NCBI GenBank assembly: GCA_041744215.1
Contig: JBGTLG010000006.1
Coordinates: forward strand, 64,001-128,000
Direction of reading: 5' to 3'
Origin: Fimbriimonadales bacterium
GTDB taxonomy: Bacteria; Armatimonadota; Fimbriimonadia; Fimbriimonadales; ATM1
DNA: 64,000 nucleotides
The translations under genes were made by a program, and so were the position numbers. The notes beneath the pieces are model-generated. The model had not been told where the DNA came from. It did no database searches and saw only the letters and a program-made list of their open reading frames with translations. Numbering within the stretch: the first letter of the stretch is position 1; the number at the start of each line of letters is the position of its first letter. Positions 48,793 through 58,832 of this stretch are shown here, piece by piece.

Positions 48793-49548
48793 ATGTCGCC
48801 CGAATTGGACTTTGCTATCCAGGTTGCCCGCCAAGCTGGTGAACTGACGCTTCGCCACTTCCGCAAAGGCGCGAGTTTCGATCGCAAACCCGACAACTCG
48901 CCGGTCACCGCTGCCGACCGCGAGGCGGAGCAGTTCATCAGGCAGCAGATCCACCAAAGATTTCCCGATGACGGGATTCTCGGCGAGGAGTTCGGCGCGA
49001 CTGCCGGCGGAGCAGACCGAATCTGGATCCTCGATCCCATCGATGGAACCAAGTCCTTCATCTATGGGGTGCCCCTCTTCGGTGTGCTGATCGGATTGCA
49101 AGTCTATGGGAAGTCCGTCCTCGGCGTTGCCGACTTTCCGGCTCAGCAGGAGACGTACTGGGCGGAGATGGGCTCAGGCGCCCATCGCAATGGCGAGCCT
49201 ATTCGGGCGAGCGAAGCCAAGCTTAACGAAGGCCTCCTGGTCTCCGGGAGCTTCCAATCGATGGTCGCCCAGGGTCGGCTCGACGGCTACTCCAAACTCG
49301 CAGAGCAGGCTTTCGTCGCAAGGACCTGGGGCGATGCATACGGCCACTGCATGGTCGCGGACGGTAGGGCGGTGGCGATGATCGACCCGGTGGTCAACGT
49401 CTGGGACACTTGCGCTGTCTACGCCATCGTTACCGAGGCCGGCGGGAGCTTTACAAACTTCGACGGAGCCGACGGGTTCGGCTTCGGTGAAGCGGTAAGC
49501 GCCAACTCAGCATGCGGAGCGGAAGTCGTGGCCGCATTCAGCAAATGA
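48793..49548 (+). CDS. hisN: inositol monophosphatase family, HisN-like
   Basis: SPVTAAD, GEE, DPIDGTKSF, WGD.YG, WD. Confidence 0.8.
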   Translation: MSPELDFAIQVARQAGELTLRHFRKGASFDRKPDNSPVTAADREAEQFIRQQIHQRFPDDGILGEEFGATAGGADRIWILDPIDGTKSFIYGVPLFGVLIGLQVYGKSVLGVADFPAQQETYWAEMGSGAHRNGEPIRASEAKLNEGLLVSGSFQSMVAQGRLDGYSKLAEQAFVARTWGDAYGHCMVADGRAVAMIDPVVNVWDTCAVYAIVTEAGGSFTNFDGADGFGFGEAVSANSACGAEVVAAFSK

Positions 49549-49952
49549 GAATCCTTGGAATCGACTACGGACTCAAGCGGATCGGCATTGCTATTGCCGA
49601 GACGCAATTCGGGCTCGCATTTGCACGCCCTGTGGTTCAATCGGAAGGCAGCGTCGAGAAGGACGCTGCGGCAGTCGCCAAGCTTGCAGCTGATGAGGAG
49701 TGCGCCCTCGTGGTAGTTGGGCTCCCGCTGACCCCGAGCGGGGACGAGGGCGAACAGGCCCAGATCAGCCGGGACTTCGGCGAGGCGCTTGCGGCGGCGG
49801 GAATGACCGTTCACTATGCCGACGAGCGGTACACTACGGCGCTCGCTAACGTGTCACTCGAGCATGTGAAACCTAAGAAGCGGAAGCTCGTTGCAGATAG
49901 CGAAGCCGCCCGGATCTTGTTGATCCAATACCTGTCAGAACGCAATGCATAA
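49545..49952 (+). CDS. ruvX: YqgF/RuvX nuclease
   Basis: LGIDYG..RIGIA, VVGLP, DERYTT. Confidence 0.92.
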   Translation: MRILGIDYGLKRIGIAIAETQFGLAFARPVVQSEGSVEKDAAAVAKLAADEECALVVVGLPLTPSGDEGEQAQISRDFGEALAAAGMTVHYADERYTTALANVSLEHVKPKKRKLVADSEAARILLIQYLSERNA

Positions 49953-50976
49953 GTTTTTCGCACGCGCAGTCATTGCTCTCGCGATACTCGGCGCCATGGC
50001 TGGCGTTTCGTATTGGATATTGATGCGCTCTCTCGCTCCCGTGTCGATAGTGGGTGAGACAAGATACCTTCGTATCGATCGCGGCGAAACGATCTCGGAT
50101 GCCCTTTCGAAAGCAGAACGTATCGGAGCGCTTCGCAGCAAAAAGGGAACGCAGCTCTATGCGAGAGTGTTCGGGGGTCGCGGAGAAGTCGCGGAAGGAA
50201 CCTACGAAATCAACACCGCAATGCGCGGGACTGACATCGCGAAAGTGCTCCTCTCCCAGAAGCCGATCAGGCAAAATGTTCTGATCCGTGAAGGGTTGTG
50301 GATGGACAGAGTCGCAACAGTTTTGGAAGAGAACAACGTTTGCGAGAAATCCGAGGCTATCGAAGCATTCCAAGATCCGGAGAGGTTTGAAGTAACCGCC
50401 GGGTTCCCATTGCCAGCAGAGAGCCTCGAAGGCTATCTTTTCCCAGATACGTACGATTTGCCGCCACTTTTTGGGCCCGAGCGCGCTGTGCGAAAGATGC
50501 TCGATGCGTTCCGAAAGAAGGTGTATGAACCCCTCCAGTCGCCCGACCCACAAAAGTTGCACGAATGGGTGATCGTCGGCTCGATGATCGAGTTAGAAGC
50601 GGAGAAAGCCGACGAGCGACCAAAAATCGCTGGCGTGATTTACAACCGACTTGAGATCGGAATGAGACTTCAGATCGATGCGACCGTCGCCTACGCTAAG
50701 GGTGTCATGGGGCGATTGTTTTTCAAGGACTACGAGATTGACCATCCTTACAACACTTACAAGATCCAGGGACTCCCGCCCGGGCCGATCTGTTCGCCAG
50801 GCGCAGCGTCCGTGATCGCTGCGGCGAACCCGGAGCAACACGAATATCTCTTCTATGTCGCTCTGCCTGATGGGTCACATCTGTTTGGAAAGACGTACGA
50901 GGAACATTTGGCAAACATCGAAGTCTCACGTCGAGCATTCGCAAGAGCGGGAGGCGGCTCTGAAAGAGGCGGTTAA
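49945..50976 (+). CDS. mltG: endolytic transglycosylase
   Basis: LEGYLFPDTY, S.IE.E, LQIDATV, YNTY..GLPPGPI. Confidence 0.94.
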   Translation: MHKFFARAVIALAILGAMAGVSYWILMRSLAPVSIVGETRYLRIDRGETISDALSKAERIGALRSKKGTQLYARVFGGRGEVAEGTYEINTAMRGTDIAKVLLSQKPIRQNVLIREGLWMDRVATVLEENNVCEKSEAIEAFQDPERFEVTAGFPLPAESLEGYLFPDTYDLPPLFGPERAVRKMLDAFRKKVYEPLQSPDPQKLHEWVIVGSMIELEAEKADERPKIAGVIYNRLEIGMRLQIDATVAYAKGVMGRLFFKDYEIDHPYNTYKIQGLPPGPICSPGAASVIAAANPEQHEYLFYVALPDGSHLFGKTYEEHLANIEVSRRAFARAGGGSERGG

Positions 50977-51505
50977 GTTCGACCGAAGTCGGACGTTTGC
51001 TCCATTGCGGCGATTCTGTCCTACGTATCGAGCGAACGCCATCGAGGACATTGATCCATCAGCGTTAACGAAGCTGGGCTTCCGTGCGGTACTTCTCGAC
51101 GTAGACAATACGCTGATACCGTGGAAGGGAATGAAGTTTCCAGAGAAAACGCTCGCGTGGATCGAAGCGTGCCGAAAAGAGGGAATTGCCCTTTGTATCG
51201 TGAGCAACACTCGGAACAAACCTCGACTGAAGCTCCTCAGCGAGAAGCTTGGCGTTCCGCACGCTGAGGGCCCCATGAAGCCAGGGCGTGCGGCCTTCCT
51301 CGATGCAATGCGAATCACTGGCGTACCTGCAACAGAGACGATCATGATCGGCGACCAACTGTTCACCGACGTCTGGGGCGCGAATCGACTCGGTATCGCG
51401 TCCATTTGGGTGACGCCCATGGCGAAGCGTGAGTTTTTTGGCACAAAGTTTAGTAGGCTTGCCGAGCGAATGATTGTTCGAATGCTGCGGAGCCATAGCC
51501 CATGA
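50960..51505 (+). CDS. yqeG: YqeG-like HAD IIIA phosphatase (start uncertain)
   Basis: DVDNTL, VSN, KP, GDQLFTDV.GAN. Confidence 0.85.
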   Translation: MKEAVKFDRSRTFAPLRRFCPTYRANAIEDIDPSALTKLGFRAVLLDVDNTLIPWKGMKFPEKTLAWIEACRKEGIALCIVSNTRNKPRLKLLSEKLGVPHAEGPMKPGRAAFLDAMRITGVPATETIMIGDQLFTDVWGANRLGIASIWVTPMAKREFFGTKFSRLAERMIVRMLRSHSP

Positions 51506-52440
51506 ATCAGTACATCCGGCTTGCGAGGCCGAGACAATGGACAAAGAACCTCCTTGTTTTCGCTGGTCTCATCTTCACCGGGCTGTTCGTGTGCTCCGAA
51601 GCGGCGACCGCCGCGCTTTTGCTGTTCGCCGCGTTCTGTTTGGCTTCGAGCGCAGGATACGTCTGGAATGATGTTGCGGACGTCGAGGCCGACCAGCTTC
51701 ACCCCGTCAAGCGATCAAGGCCGATTGCCTCTGGCGCAGTAGCCAAAGGCGCGGCGTCGGTTTATGCGATTGGCTTGCTTATCGCAGCCTATGCAGTTGC
51801 ACTGGTGCTCGATTTCAGCGTCCTTCCGCTTGCCGAGTCGATTTATGATTCTGCAAGAACGAACCGACTGCCCCTCCTTGATTCAAACTTTCCAATTGCG
51901 ACAGTCTGCGTCTCCGCGTATCTGATCAATCAGTTCTTTTACTCGACAATTGCCAGACGCGTTGCGATCCTCGATGTATTCGTTATTGCAATCGGATTTC
52001 TCATTCGAGCAATCGCGGGCGCGGTAGTTCTTAGCGTAACGATTAGTCAATGGCTGTTTCTTTGTACGCTGTTTCTCGCGCTGTTCTTAGGATTCGCAAA
52101 GCGCAGAAACGAATTCCTCATCGCTGCGGAGTCTCGGAGCAGCCTTGGTGGTTACTCTCGAACTCTGCTCGATCACCTCATCTCGATAACAGCAGCATCA
52201 TCAGTGATTTCTTACAGTCTGTACGCGATACAGTCGTCGACAGCGCAAAGCCACCCGCTTCTTGCGCTCACAATCCCGTTCCCGGTGTTCGGAATCTTCC
52301 GTTACCTGCAGATCACTTTTCGCGACAACGACAGCGGAAGCCCCGACTTGGTGTTACTCCGGGACCCTTGGATATGGGGAACAGTGCTTGCATGGGGCGC
52401 GCTTAGTATTTTCGCGATGACACAGGGTGGGAACCGATGA
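51502..52440 (+). CDS. UbiA-family polyprenyl-phosphate phosphoribosyltransferase
   Basis: RPRQWTKN, ND..D...D..HP.K..RPIASG, KRR.E, FRY. Confidence 0.88.
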   Translation: MNQYIRLARPRQWTKNLLVFAGLIFTGLFVCSEAATAALLLFAAFCLASSAGYVWNDVADVEADQLHPVKRSRPIASGAVAKGAASVYAIGLLIAAYAVALVLDFSVLPLAESIYDSARTNRLPLLDSNFPIATVCVSAYLINQFFYSTIARRVAILDVFVIAIGFLIRAIAGAVVLSVTISQWLFLCTLFLALFLGFAKRRNEFLIAAESRSSLGGYSRTLLDHLISITAASSVISYSLYAIQSSTAQSHPLLALTIPFPVFGIFRYLQITFRDNDSGSPDLVLLRDPWIWGTVLAWGALSIFAMTQGGNR

Positions 52441-52958
52441 CCTCAAAACTTGAGAAAATCAAGACCCACAAGACTGCGCGACAGTTTGTCAAGTTCGGAA
52501 TCGTTGGAGTCAGCAGCACTGCAATCGACTGGGGAGTGCACGCAGTGCTCTACAAAGGCTTCGGTGGTGCACTGGAACATAGTGTCAACGTGTGGCTGCA
52601 TGGCGTAATGCCCGCGTTGTATCAAAGCAGCCCGGACTTTGACGGCGCGTTTACGCTCTTTAAGGCTGTTTCATTCGGTATCGCAACTCTGAATGGCTTC
52701 TACTGGAATCGAAGATGGACTTGGCGTATAAAAGGAAAGGAGCAGCGCGGCTCTCAACTCGCGAGGTTCTTCGCGGTGAACATTATTGGGCTCCTGATTA
52801 ACACGCTCGTCGCGAGTCAGATTCACAAGCCGGACGGAGACACAGCGAACTACATTCTCGCACTCGCAGCAGCAACATTCATTACGATGTTTTGGAACTT
52901 CTCAGGGCATAAGTTTTGGACGTTCCGCCAAAAACCTGACCCCACGAGTGAACCGTAG
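52437..52958 (+). CDS. GtrA family protein
   Basis: QFVKFGIVG, N...NRRW, WNF...KFWTF. Confidence 0.88.
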   Translation: MTSKLEKIKTHKTARQFVKFGIVGVSSTAIDWGVHAVLYKGFGGALEHSVNVWLHGVMPALYQSSPDFDGAFTLFKAVSFGIATLNGFYWNRRWTWRIKGKEQRGSQLARFFAVNIIGLLINTLVASQIHKPDGDTANYILALAAATFITMFWNFSGHKFWTFRQKPDPTSEP

Positions 52959-53741
52959 ATGCTCAGACTCGCACTCTTAGGTGACCCAGTATCACACTCC
53001 CTCTCACCCGCAATGCACATGGCGGCGATGCGCGCCATGGGAATCGATGGAGACTACATCGCGATGAGCGTTTCAGCTGACGAATTCGAGGAGAAACTTC
53101 ATGAGCTTCGGCAACAGGAGTTTGCCGGGGCAAACGTCACTATTCCACACAAGGCCCTCGCGCGTCGCCTTGCTGCAAAGGCTGATGACGCGTCGCGAGT
53201 ACTCGGTGTCGCCAACACGCTTCGGTTCGGGCCGGCGATTGCGTGCAAGAACACCGACGCTCCCGGATTTCTCGAGGCGTTGGGGGAAGAGGAGCCAGGA
53301 GTTGCGCTGATCATCGGGGCAGGAGGATCGGCTCGCGCGGCTATCTGGGCACTATCGAATGCGGGCTGGAAGGTGAAGGTCTGGTCAAGAACTTACGCGA
53401 ACTCCCTGGCGGCGTGCGCTTGGAAGAATGTCAGCGCAACTCCTTTCCCAAATCCTGCCGGTTGCGGCCTGGTTGTCAATGCGACTCCGCTCGGCCTCAA
53501 TCCTGGCGAACTTCCTCCCGGCGAATGGCGCAACCTGCAACCTGGCTGTGTTGTCTTCGACCTGGCGTACCGCAGCGAACCGACGGATCTGCTGAAGCTC
53601 GCAGAAAGTCTCGGCGCACGGACTGTTGATGGCCGTGAGATGCTAGTGGCCCAAGGCGCGCTGAGTCTGGGTTGGTGGTCAGAGCGGCGCGTCCCGAAGA
53701 ACGCGATGCGTGTCGCCGTGGGCCTGCCTCCGAAGGAATAA
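52959..53741 (+). CDS. aroE: shikimate dehydrogenase
   Basis: HSLSP, NVTIPHK, NTD, GAGGSARA, NATP, DLAY. Confidence 0.94.
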   Translation: MLRLALLGDPVSHSLSPAMHMAAMRAMGIDGDYIAMSVSADEFEEKLHELRQQEFAGANVTIPHKALARRLAAKADDASRVLGVANTLRFGPAIACKNTDAPGFLEALGEEEPGVALIIGAGGSARAAIWALSNAGWKVKVWSRTYANSLAACAWKNVSATPFPNPAGCGLVVNATPLGLNPGELPPGEWRNLQPGCVVFDLAYRSEPTDLLKLAESLGARTVDGREMLVAQGALSLGWWSERRVPKNAMRVAVGLPPKE

Positions 53742-53767
53742 GCCGAGCGAGCGTCGAAACGATTGGG

Positions 53768-56700
53768 ATGCGATCTCATCGATGGGTGGCGCTTGTTGCC
53801 GCGCTTGCCTTGCCCGTATTCGCCCTCGCCCAGACTTTTCAGCGCCCCGATGCTTACCTGTTGAAGGGCGCCCGCGTCGTAGTGTCCCCTGAGAGGACGC
53901 TAGAAAACACGGACGTCCTCCTGATGAACGGTGTGATCGCAGAGGTCGGAACAGGTCTCACTGCGCCCCCTAACGTCGAAGTTATGGACTGCGCGGGGCT
54001 CACGATCTATCCTGGTCTAGTTCACCCGCTCCTAAGGGTCGCCGTTGAGGGAATCGGCGCAAACCAAGCCGACAAGACCCCTGAAGACGCCATCGAACGA
54101 TGGAAGAATCTGCTCTCACGCCATTCAATCTCGAGTGTGAGAGCAGAACATTCCACATTTGGCGCGCTCGCGACGAGCGGCTACGCGGTCATTCACGCAT
54201 ACAGCCAAGGCGGGCTGCTCGGCGCAAAGTCATCCGTCTTCAGCACTTCAAGCGGGAAGATCGAACCAGCGACACTCATCAAGAGCGATCTCGCGGTTCC
54301 GGTCGCATTCAGCGGAGCCGGATTCGGCGGCTATCCCGGTTCGACGATGGGCGGAATCGCCTTCGTGCGGCAAACGCTGCTCGACGGCGGTCGCCACGGT
54401 CGCCTCATGCGATCATTCGAGGCTGACCCGACAGGTCGCCCAAGGCAATCATTCGACGCGGATCTTGATGCCGTCAACAGGGTCGTGCGCGGTGAGATGT
54501 GGGCGGCATTCGATGACCTAACCGAGCTATCTGGATTGCAAGCGCTCAAGATTGTTCGCGAGTTTAACTTGAAGCCGATCATGGCTTTCCGGCGGGATGC
54601 TGGCTACCTAAAAGACGTTCTGAAGGAGCTTCGTGCATACACGATCATTAAGGACGGACTGCCAAGCCGACCAAACCTAAACACAGATAGCGGGAATCTG
54701 CTCGCAAACCTGAGGGCGTACTTTAACGAGCACCAGGTCGGTGCTGAACTTGAAGCCGAAGGAATCGAGTTTCTCTATGCGCCAACCTCTGGCACGTCTC
54801 CAATTGAAGGATTGCGCCAGATGGTCCGCGCGGGATTAAGCAAAACCGCTGCCCTTGCGAGTGCAACAACTCGGCCCGCTAAGATGCTCGGCCTCGAGCG
54901 AATTGCAGGAACTGTTGAGAAAGGCAAAATTGGAAGCGTCCTTCTCGTGCGAGGAGATCTGCTCGAAACTTCCTCTGAGATAGTCGCAGTGTTTCACGAG
55001 GGAAAGCGCTCTGTCCATCGACCAGCAACGACGAAGGAGTTGGTCGCCGATGCACCGCTCCCAATGTTGCCACCAAACTACGAGGTGTATCCACGACCCG
55101 CGGAAACCGAGTCTGCATTCAGGCTGTTCCGGAACGCAACGATTTGGACGATGGATCGTCAGGGCACACTTAAGAACGCGGACATCTTGATTCGTAACGG
55201 AAAGATCGTGCAAATCGGAAAACGGCTTAATACGCCGCCTGGCTGTGAAGTCATTGATGCGACAGGCAAACACATCTCGCCAGGAGTTTGGGACTGTCAC
55301 AGTCATACCGCGATCACCGGCGGTGTCAACGAAGGCTCCAATCGCGTAACGATTGAGTGTCGCATCGCGGATGTCATCAACCACCGGGATGTAAACATCT
55401 ATAGGCAACTCGCCGGAGGGACAATCGGCGCGCTCCAATTGCACGGTTCTGCGAATCCAATTGGTGGCCAATCCGCGACAAGCAAATGGAGATGGGGGCA
55501 GCGCCCGGACGCCTTTTTGGTACAGGGTGCGCCGGAGGGAGTCAAGTTTGCCTTAGGCGAGAATCCATGCCGAGAAGACCAGCCGACAGGCGGGCGAGGA
55601 CAAGATCCCGCCGCCGCGCAAATCGTCAACTTGGCGAATGAGCGACCTCGCACGCGAATGGGTGTTGAAGCGAACTATCGCGAAGCATTCGACCAAGCAA
55701 AAAACTACATCAGCGAGTGGGAAGGTTATCGAGCAGGTCGCACGAAAATCGAGCCGCGCCGTGATCTGCGCTTGGAAGCTATCGCGGAATTGCTCAATCG
55801 GCAACGCTGGGTGCACAGTCACGGCTACAGGCAAGACGAAATGCTGACGCTCATCCGCGTATGTCAGCAATACGGAGTTCGCCTTCAAACGCTCCAGCAT
55901 GTACTTGAAGGATTTAAGATCGCCGACGAAATGGCCGCGGCTGGAGTGGGTGGCTCAACGTTTGCGGACTGGTGGGGCTATAAACTCGAAGCCTATGATG
56001 CAATTCCTCACAACATGGCGTTGATGTTCGATCGAGGAGTGACTGTGAGCGTTAACAGCGACAGTAACGAGCACGCGCGACGACTGACACACGAAGCGGC
56101 AAAGGCAATTCGCTACGGTGGCGTTTCGCCAGAAGTTGCGCTCAGCTTCTGTACGATTGGGCCCGCGAAGCAACTCGGCATTGACAAAACCACAGGATCG
56201 CTTGTGCCTGGGAAAGACGCTGATCTCGTCGTGTGGTCGGCGGATCCACTCAGCATTTACGCGAAGGCTGAGCAAACCTACGTAGACGGAGTCAAGCTCT
56301 ACGACATCGACGACGACATCCGTCAACGCTTTGAGCGCGACCAATTCATCGAATTGGCGCGTGAAAAATTTGCGGACCCAGCGCCGAGCCCCGCCCCCGA
56401 ATCACTCGCCACTTCCAAGCCGCCGCGCATGCCAGCGGTTACAGGAATGCCTGGGAACGCGAAGTATCCGCGAAAGCCTCTGTTGATAACGGGAGCGACG
56501 GTACACCCGATGACTGGCGATCCCTTCGTCGGCGACGTTCTAGTGGGCTCCGACGGAATCATTGCTGCAACAGGGCGCGTTTCCGCACCGAGGGACGCTG
56601 TCCGCGTCGACGGCCGCGGAAAGCACGTTTACCCCGGCATGATCGAGTCTTACTCGCAGATTGGACTCGTCGAGATCCCGCGCATTCCGGTTAGCGTCGA

Positions 56701-57649
56701 TTCCAGCGAGCGCGGGGATTTCAATCCAGACTTGCGTCCCGAGCGCGCCATCAATCCCGAAAGCGAAATCATCGGCGTCGCCCGGGCGGGCGGCATTCTG
56801 ACCGCCCTCACTCGCCCCAGTGGCGGCGTGATTCCGGGTCAAGCGGCTCTGCTAAGCCTCGACGGCTATACCTGGGAGGATATGACGATTCAGGGTGGCT
56901 TCACCATGGTTCTCGAAGTCGGCGGAGGCGCAACCGCTGGCGCAGGCGTCGCCGAGTCGCGGCTGAGGCAACTCGACGGATTCCTCGCAGAGGCGCGCGC
57001 CTACGCGAAAGCGAAAGAGGCGTCTGCCTCTGGGCAGGGCCCGGTCATTCTGTTCGACCGTCGGCTCGACGCTTTGCAAAAGCTGGCTAACGGCGAGATG
57101 CCGCTGATTCTTGCCGCGGACTCAGGGGCGGTCATACGCACCGTTGTCGAGTGGAGCGAGAAGACTGGGGTGCCGGTGACGATCGTTGGCGGTAGGGACG
57201 CGCTGTCCGTCGCAGATTTGCTCGCCGCCAAAGATGTCCCGGTGATCCTCACGCCTATCTTCGGTGTGCCTTCCGGTCCCGAGCGTCCGCACGACGATGT
57301 GGAGTCTCTCCCGGCACGTCTGATCGAAAAGGGTGTTCGAATCGCGCTTTGCGCGAACAGTGAGCATAACGCTCGGCAGCTCAAAGATATCGCCGGCTAC
57401 GCCGTGCGTGGCGGGCTTGACCGCGAGGACGGAGTCCGAGCAATAACTCTCTGGCCAGCACAGATACTCGGCCTTGGGCACAGGCTGGGGTCGATTGAGC
57501 CTGGGAAGGAAGGCACGTTGCTGCTCACCGACGGCGACCTCCTCGAAACTCGGACGCGAATCCTCGGCGCTTGGATCATGGGAAGGGAATGCAACATGAC
57601 GAACCGCCAGACGATCCTCTGGGACAAGTACCGGACTCGCCCCCGATAG
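53768..57649 (+). CDS. secreted triple-domain amidohydrolase
   Basis: Signal peptide; three D..G...YPG/SPG...PA..LG....G...GK units; DCHSH metal motif only in the middle unit. Confidence 0.85.
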   Translation: MRSHRWVALVAALALPVFALAQTFQRPDAYLLKGARVVVSPERTLENTDVLLMNGVIAEVGTGLTAPPNVEVMDCAGLTIYPGLVHPLLRVAVEGIGANQADKTPEDAIERWKNLLSRHSISSVRAEHSTFGALATSGYAVIHAYSQGGLLGAKSSVFSTSSGKIEPATLIKSDLAVPVAFSGAGFGGYPGSTMGGIAFVRQTLLDGGRHGRLMRSFEADPTGRPRQSFDADLDAVNRVVRGEMWAAFDDLTELSGLQALKIVREFNLKPIMAFRRDAGYLKDVLKELRAYTIIKDGLPSRPNLNTDSGNLLANLRAYFNEHQVGAELEAEGIEFLYAPTSGTSPIEGLRQMVRAGLSKTAALASATTRPAKMLGLERIAGTVEKGKIGSVLLVRGDLLETSSEIVAVFHEGKRSVHRPATTKELVADAPLPMLPPNYEVYPRPAETESAFRLFRNATIWTMDRQGTLKNADILIRNGKIVQIGKRLNTPPGCEVIDATGKHISPGVWDCHSHTAITGGVNEGSNRVTIECRIADVINHRDVNIYRQLAGGTIGALQLHGSANPIGGQSATSKWRWGQRPDAFLVQGAPEGVKFALGENPCREDQPTGGRGQDPAAAQIVNLANERPRTRMGVEANYREAFDQAKNYISEWEGYRAGRTKIEPRRDLRLEAIAELLNRQRWVHSHGYRQDEMLTLIRVCQQYGVRLQTLQHVLEGFKIADEMAAAGVGGSTFADWWGYKLEAYDAIPHNMALMFDRGVTVSVNSDSNEHARRLTHEAAKAIRYGGVSPEVALSFCTIGPAKQLGIDKTTGSLVPGKDADLVVWSADPLSIYAKAEQTYVDGVKLYDIDDDIRQRFERDQFIELAREKFADPAPSPAPESLATSKPPRMPAVTGMPGNAKYPRKPLLITGATVHPMTGDPFVGDVLVGSDGIIAATGRVSAPRDAVRVDGRGKHVYPGMIESYSQIGLVEIPRIPVSVDSSERGDFNPDLRPERAINPESEIIGVARAGGILTALTRPSGGVIPGQAALLSLDGYTWEDMTIQGGFTMVLEVGGGATAGAGVAESRLRQLDGFLAEARAYAKAKEASASGQGPVILFDRRLDALQKLANGEMPLILAADSGAVIRTVVEWSEKTGVPVTIVGGRDALSVADLLAAKDVPVILTPIFGVPSGPERPHDDVESLPARLIEKGVRIALCANSEHNARQLKDIAGYAVRGGLDREDGVRAITLWPAQILGLGHRLGSIEPGKEGTLLLTDGDLLETRTRILGAWIMGRECNMTNRQTILWDKYRTRPR

Positions 57650-57652
57650 AGT

Positions 57653-58129
57653 TCAGCGGCAGTGTTCGCAGGTGCCGAGCACCTCGACGCGGGTCTCCTC
57701 GCTCAGGAAGCCCATCCGCGAGGCCGCAACTCCGATCTCCGAGAGGGCGCTACTCGGGATCGGCAGTTCTTCGACGCAGCCGCATTTCTGGCAAATCAGG
57801 TGTTCCGTCCCATGTGCGCCCGAATGATGGCCGCTACAGGCCAGGTAGCCGTCAAGAGAGCCGATGTGATGGGCGAGACCAGCCTCTACGAGCGCCGCCA
57901 GGATCCTGTAAACACTTACAACGTCCACTCGGCCCCCGTCGCCCTTGACCTTATCGCGAATCTGATAGGCTCCCAATGGCCTCCTGGAGGCCGCCAACGC
58001 GCGCACAACCGCCTTGCGTGGGCCGGTTATACGCATCCCAAGCGACTTCAAGCGAGCGACCGCGACCCGCTCAAAGCGGTCGATCTCGGCTTCGGTAACG
58101 GCGTTGCAGGTGGTCGTAGGGGAGTCCAT
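57653..58129 (-). CDS. fur: Fur/Zur family regulator
   Basis: RITGPR, SVYRIL, HLICQKCG, GTCEHC. Confidence 0.85.
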   Translation of the reverse strand: MDSPTTTCNAVTEAEIDRFERVAVARLKSLGMRITGPRKAVVRALAASRRPLGAYQIRDKVKGDGGRVDVVSVYRILAALVEAGLAHHIGSLDGYLACSGHHSGAHGTEHLICQKCGCVEELPIPSSALSEIGVAASRMGFLSEETRVEVLGTCEHCR

Positions 58130-58354
58130 TGAGTAAGCCTCAGGCCAATTATGCCCGGTCAATCCCCCTGAAATTGTGCACTCCAGAGAGCCTGTCGCCA
58201 ACACTTTTGGCATGAAACGCACGTCTCCTCCTAATAGCCGAGTTCAAACAAGTTCAAAAAAACCACCACATTCGTGGGGATTCGGTGATAGACTAAGCTT
58301 GAACCTGTCCGATCAGCCGGGACAACCGGGTGAAGGACGCAGGGAGGAAAATCG

Positions 58355-58552
58355 ATGGAATTCTACAACGTAAGGACCAAGTCAAAGGTGGACGTGCCTG
58401 ACAGCGCGATGACCAAGAAGCGGATGATTCGGAAAACAAAGAACGGGACCCAAACCCGATACGCGCTGATAGCGGACTATGAGGGCAGCAAACTCTACAA
58501 GTTCGTCAACGAAGCCACGTTCAACTCCGCCAACGTCAAAGAGGTCTCGTAA
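58355..58552 (+). CDS. small basic protein, Cc1/DUF5679-like
   Basis: GGAGG RBS; EFYNVRTK...TKNG..RYA....EGSKLYKFV. Confidence 0.75.
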   Translation: MEFYNVRTKSKVDVPDSAMTKKRMIRKTKNGTQTRYALIADYEGSKLYKFVNEATFNSANVKEVS

Positions 58553-58568
58553 CAGGGCCGATTCGCTG

Positions 58569-58612
58569 AGACGGGAAGCGCCGTCGGCTCCTTGCCGATC
58601 GCGCTTCCGTCT
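58569..58612. terminator. hairpin between convergent small genes
   Basis: AGACGGGAAGCGC...GCGCTTCCGTCT. Confidence 0.55.
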
Positions 58613-58616
58613 TGAG

Positions 58617-58784
58617 CTATATTGTCTTCTTGGTGTCCCTAATGTCCGGGACTTCGCCGGTATCCGGCCCTTGCGCGTCACCCGCGAAGTACCAAGCGGC
58701 AGCTAATCCCGCGATCAAGAGCGCCACCGCGAGACCAATCAGCTGAGGAGTCAGTTCGAACTTGGGCTTCGACTTCTTTGCCAC
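58617..58784 (-). CDS. 55-aa single-TM protein (absent from the ORF track)
   Basis: GTG start after TAAGCT; MAKKSKPKFELTPQLIGLAVALLIAGLAAAWYFAG... Confidence 0.6.
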   Translation of the reverse strand: MAKKSKPKFELTPQLIGLAVALLIAGLAAAWYFAGDAQGPDTGEVPDIRDTKKTI

Positions 58785-58832
58785 GAACGGTAGCTTACCC
58801 TCGGAAGTTACTGAGCCCTGAGCCGGCCGCCC

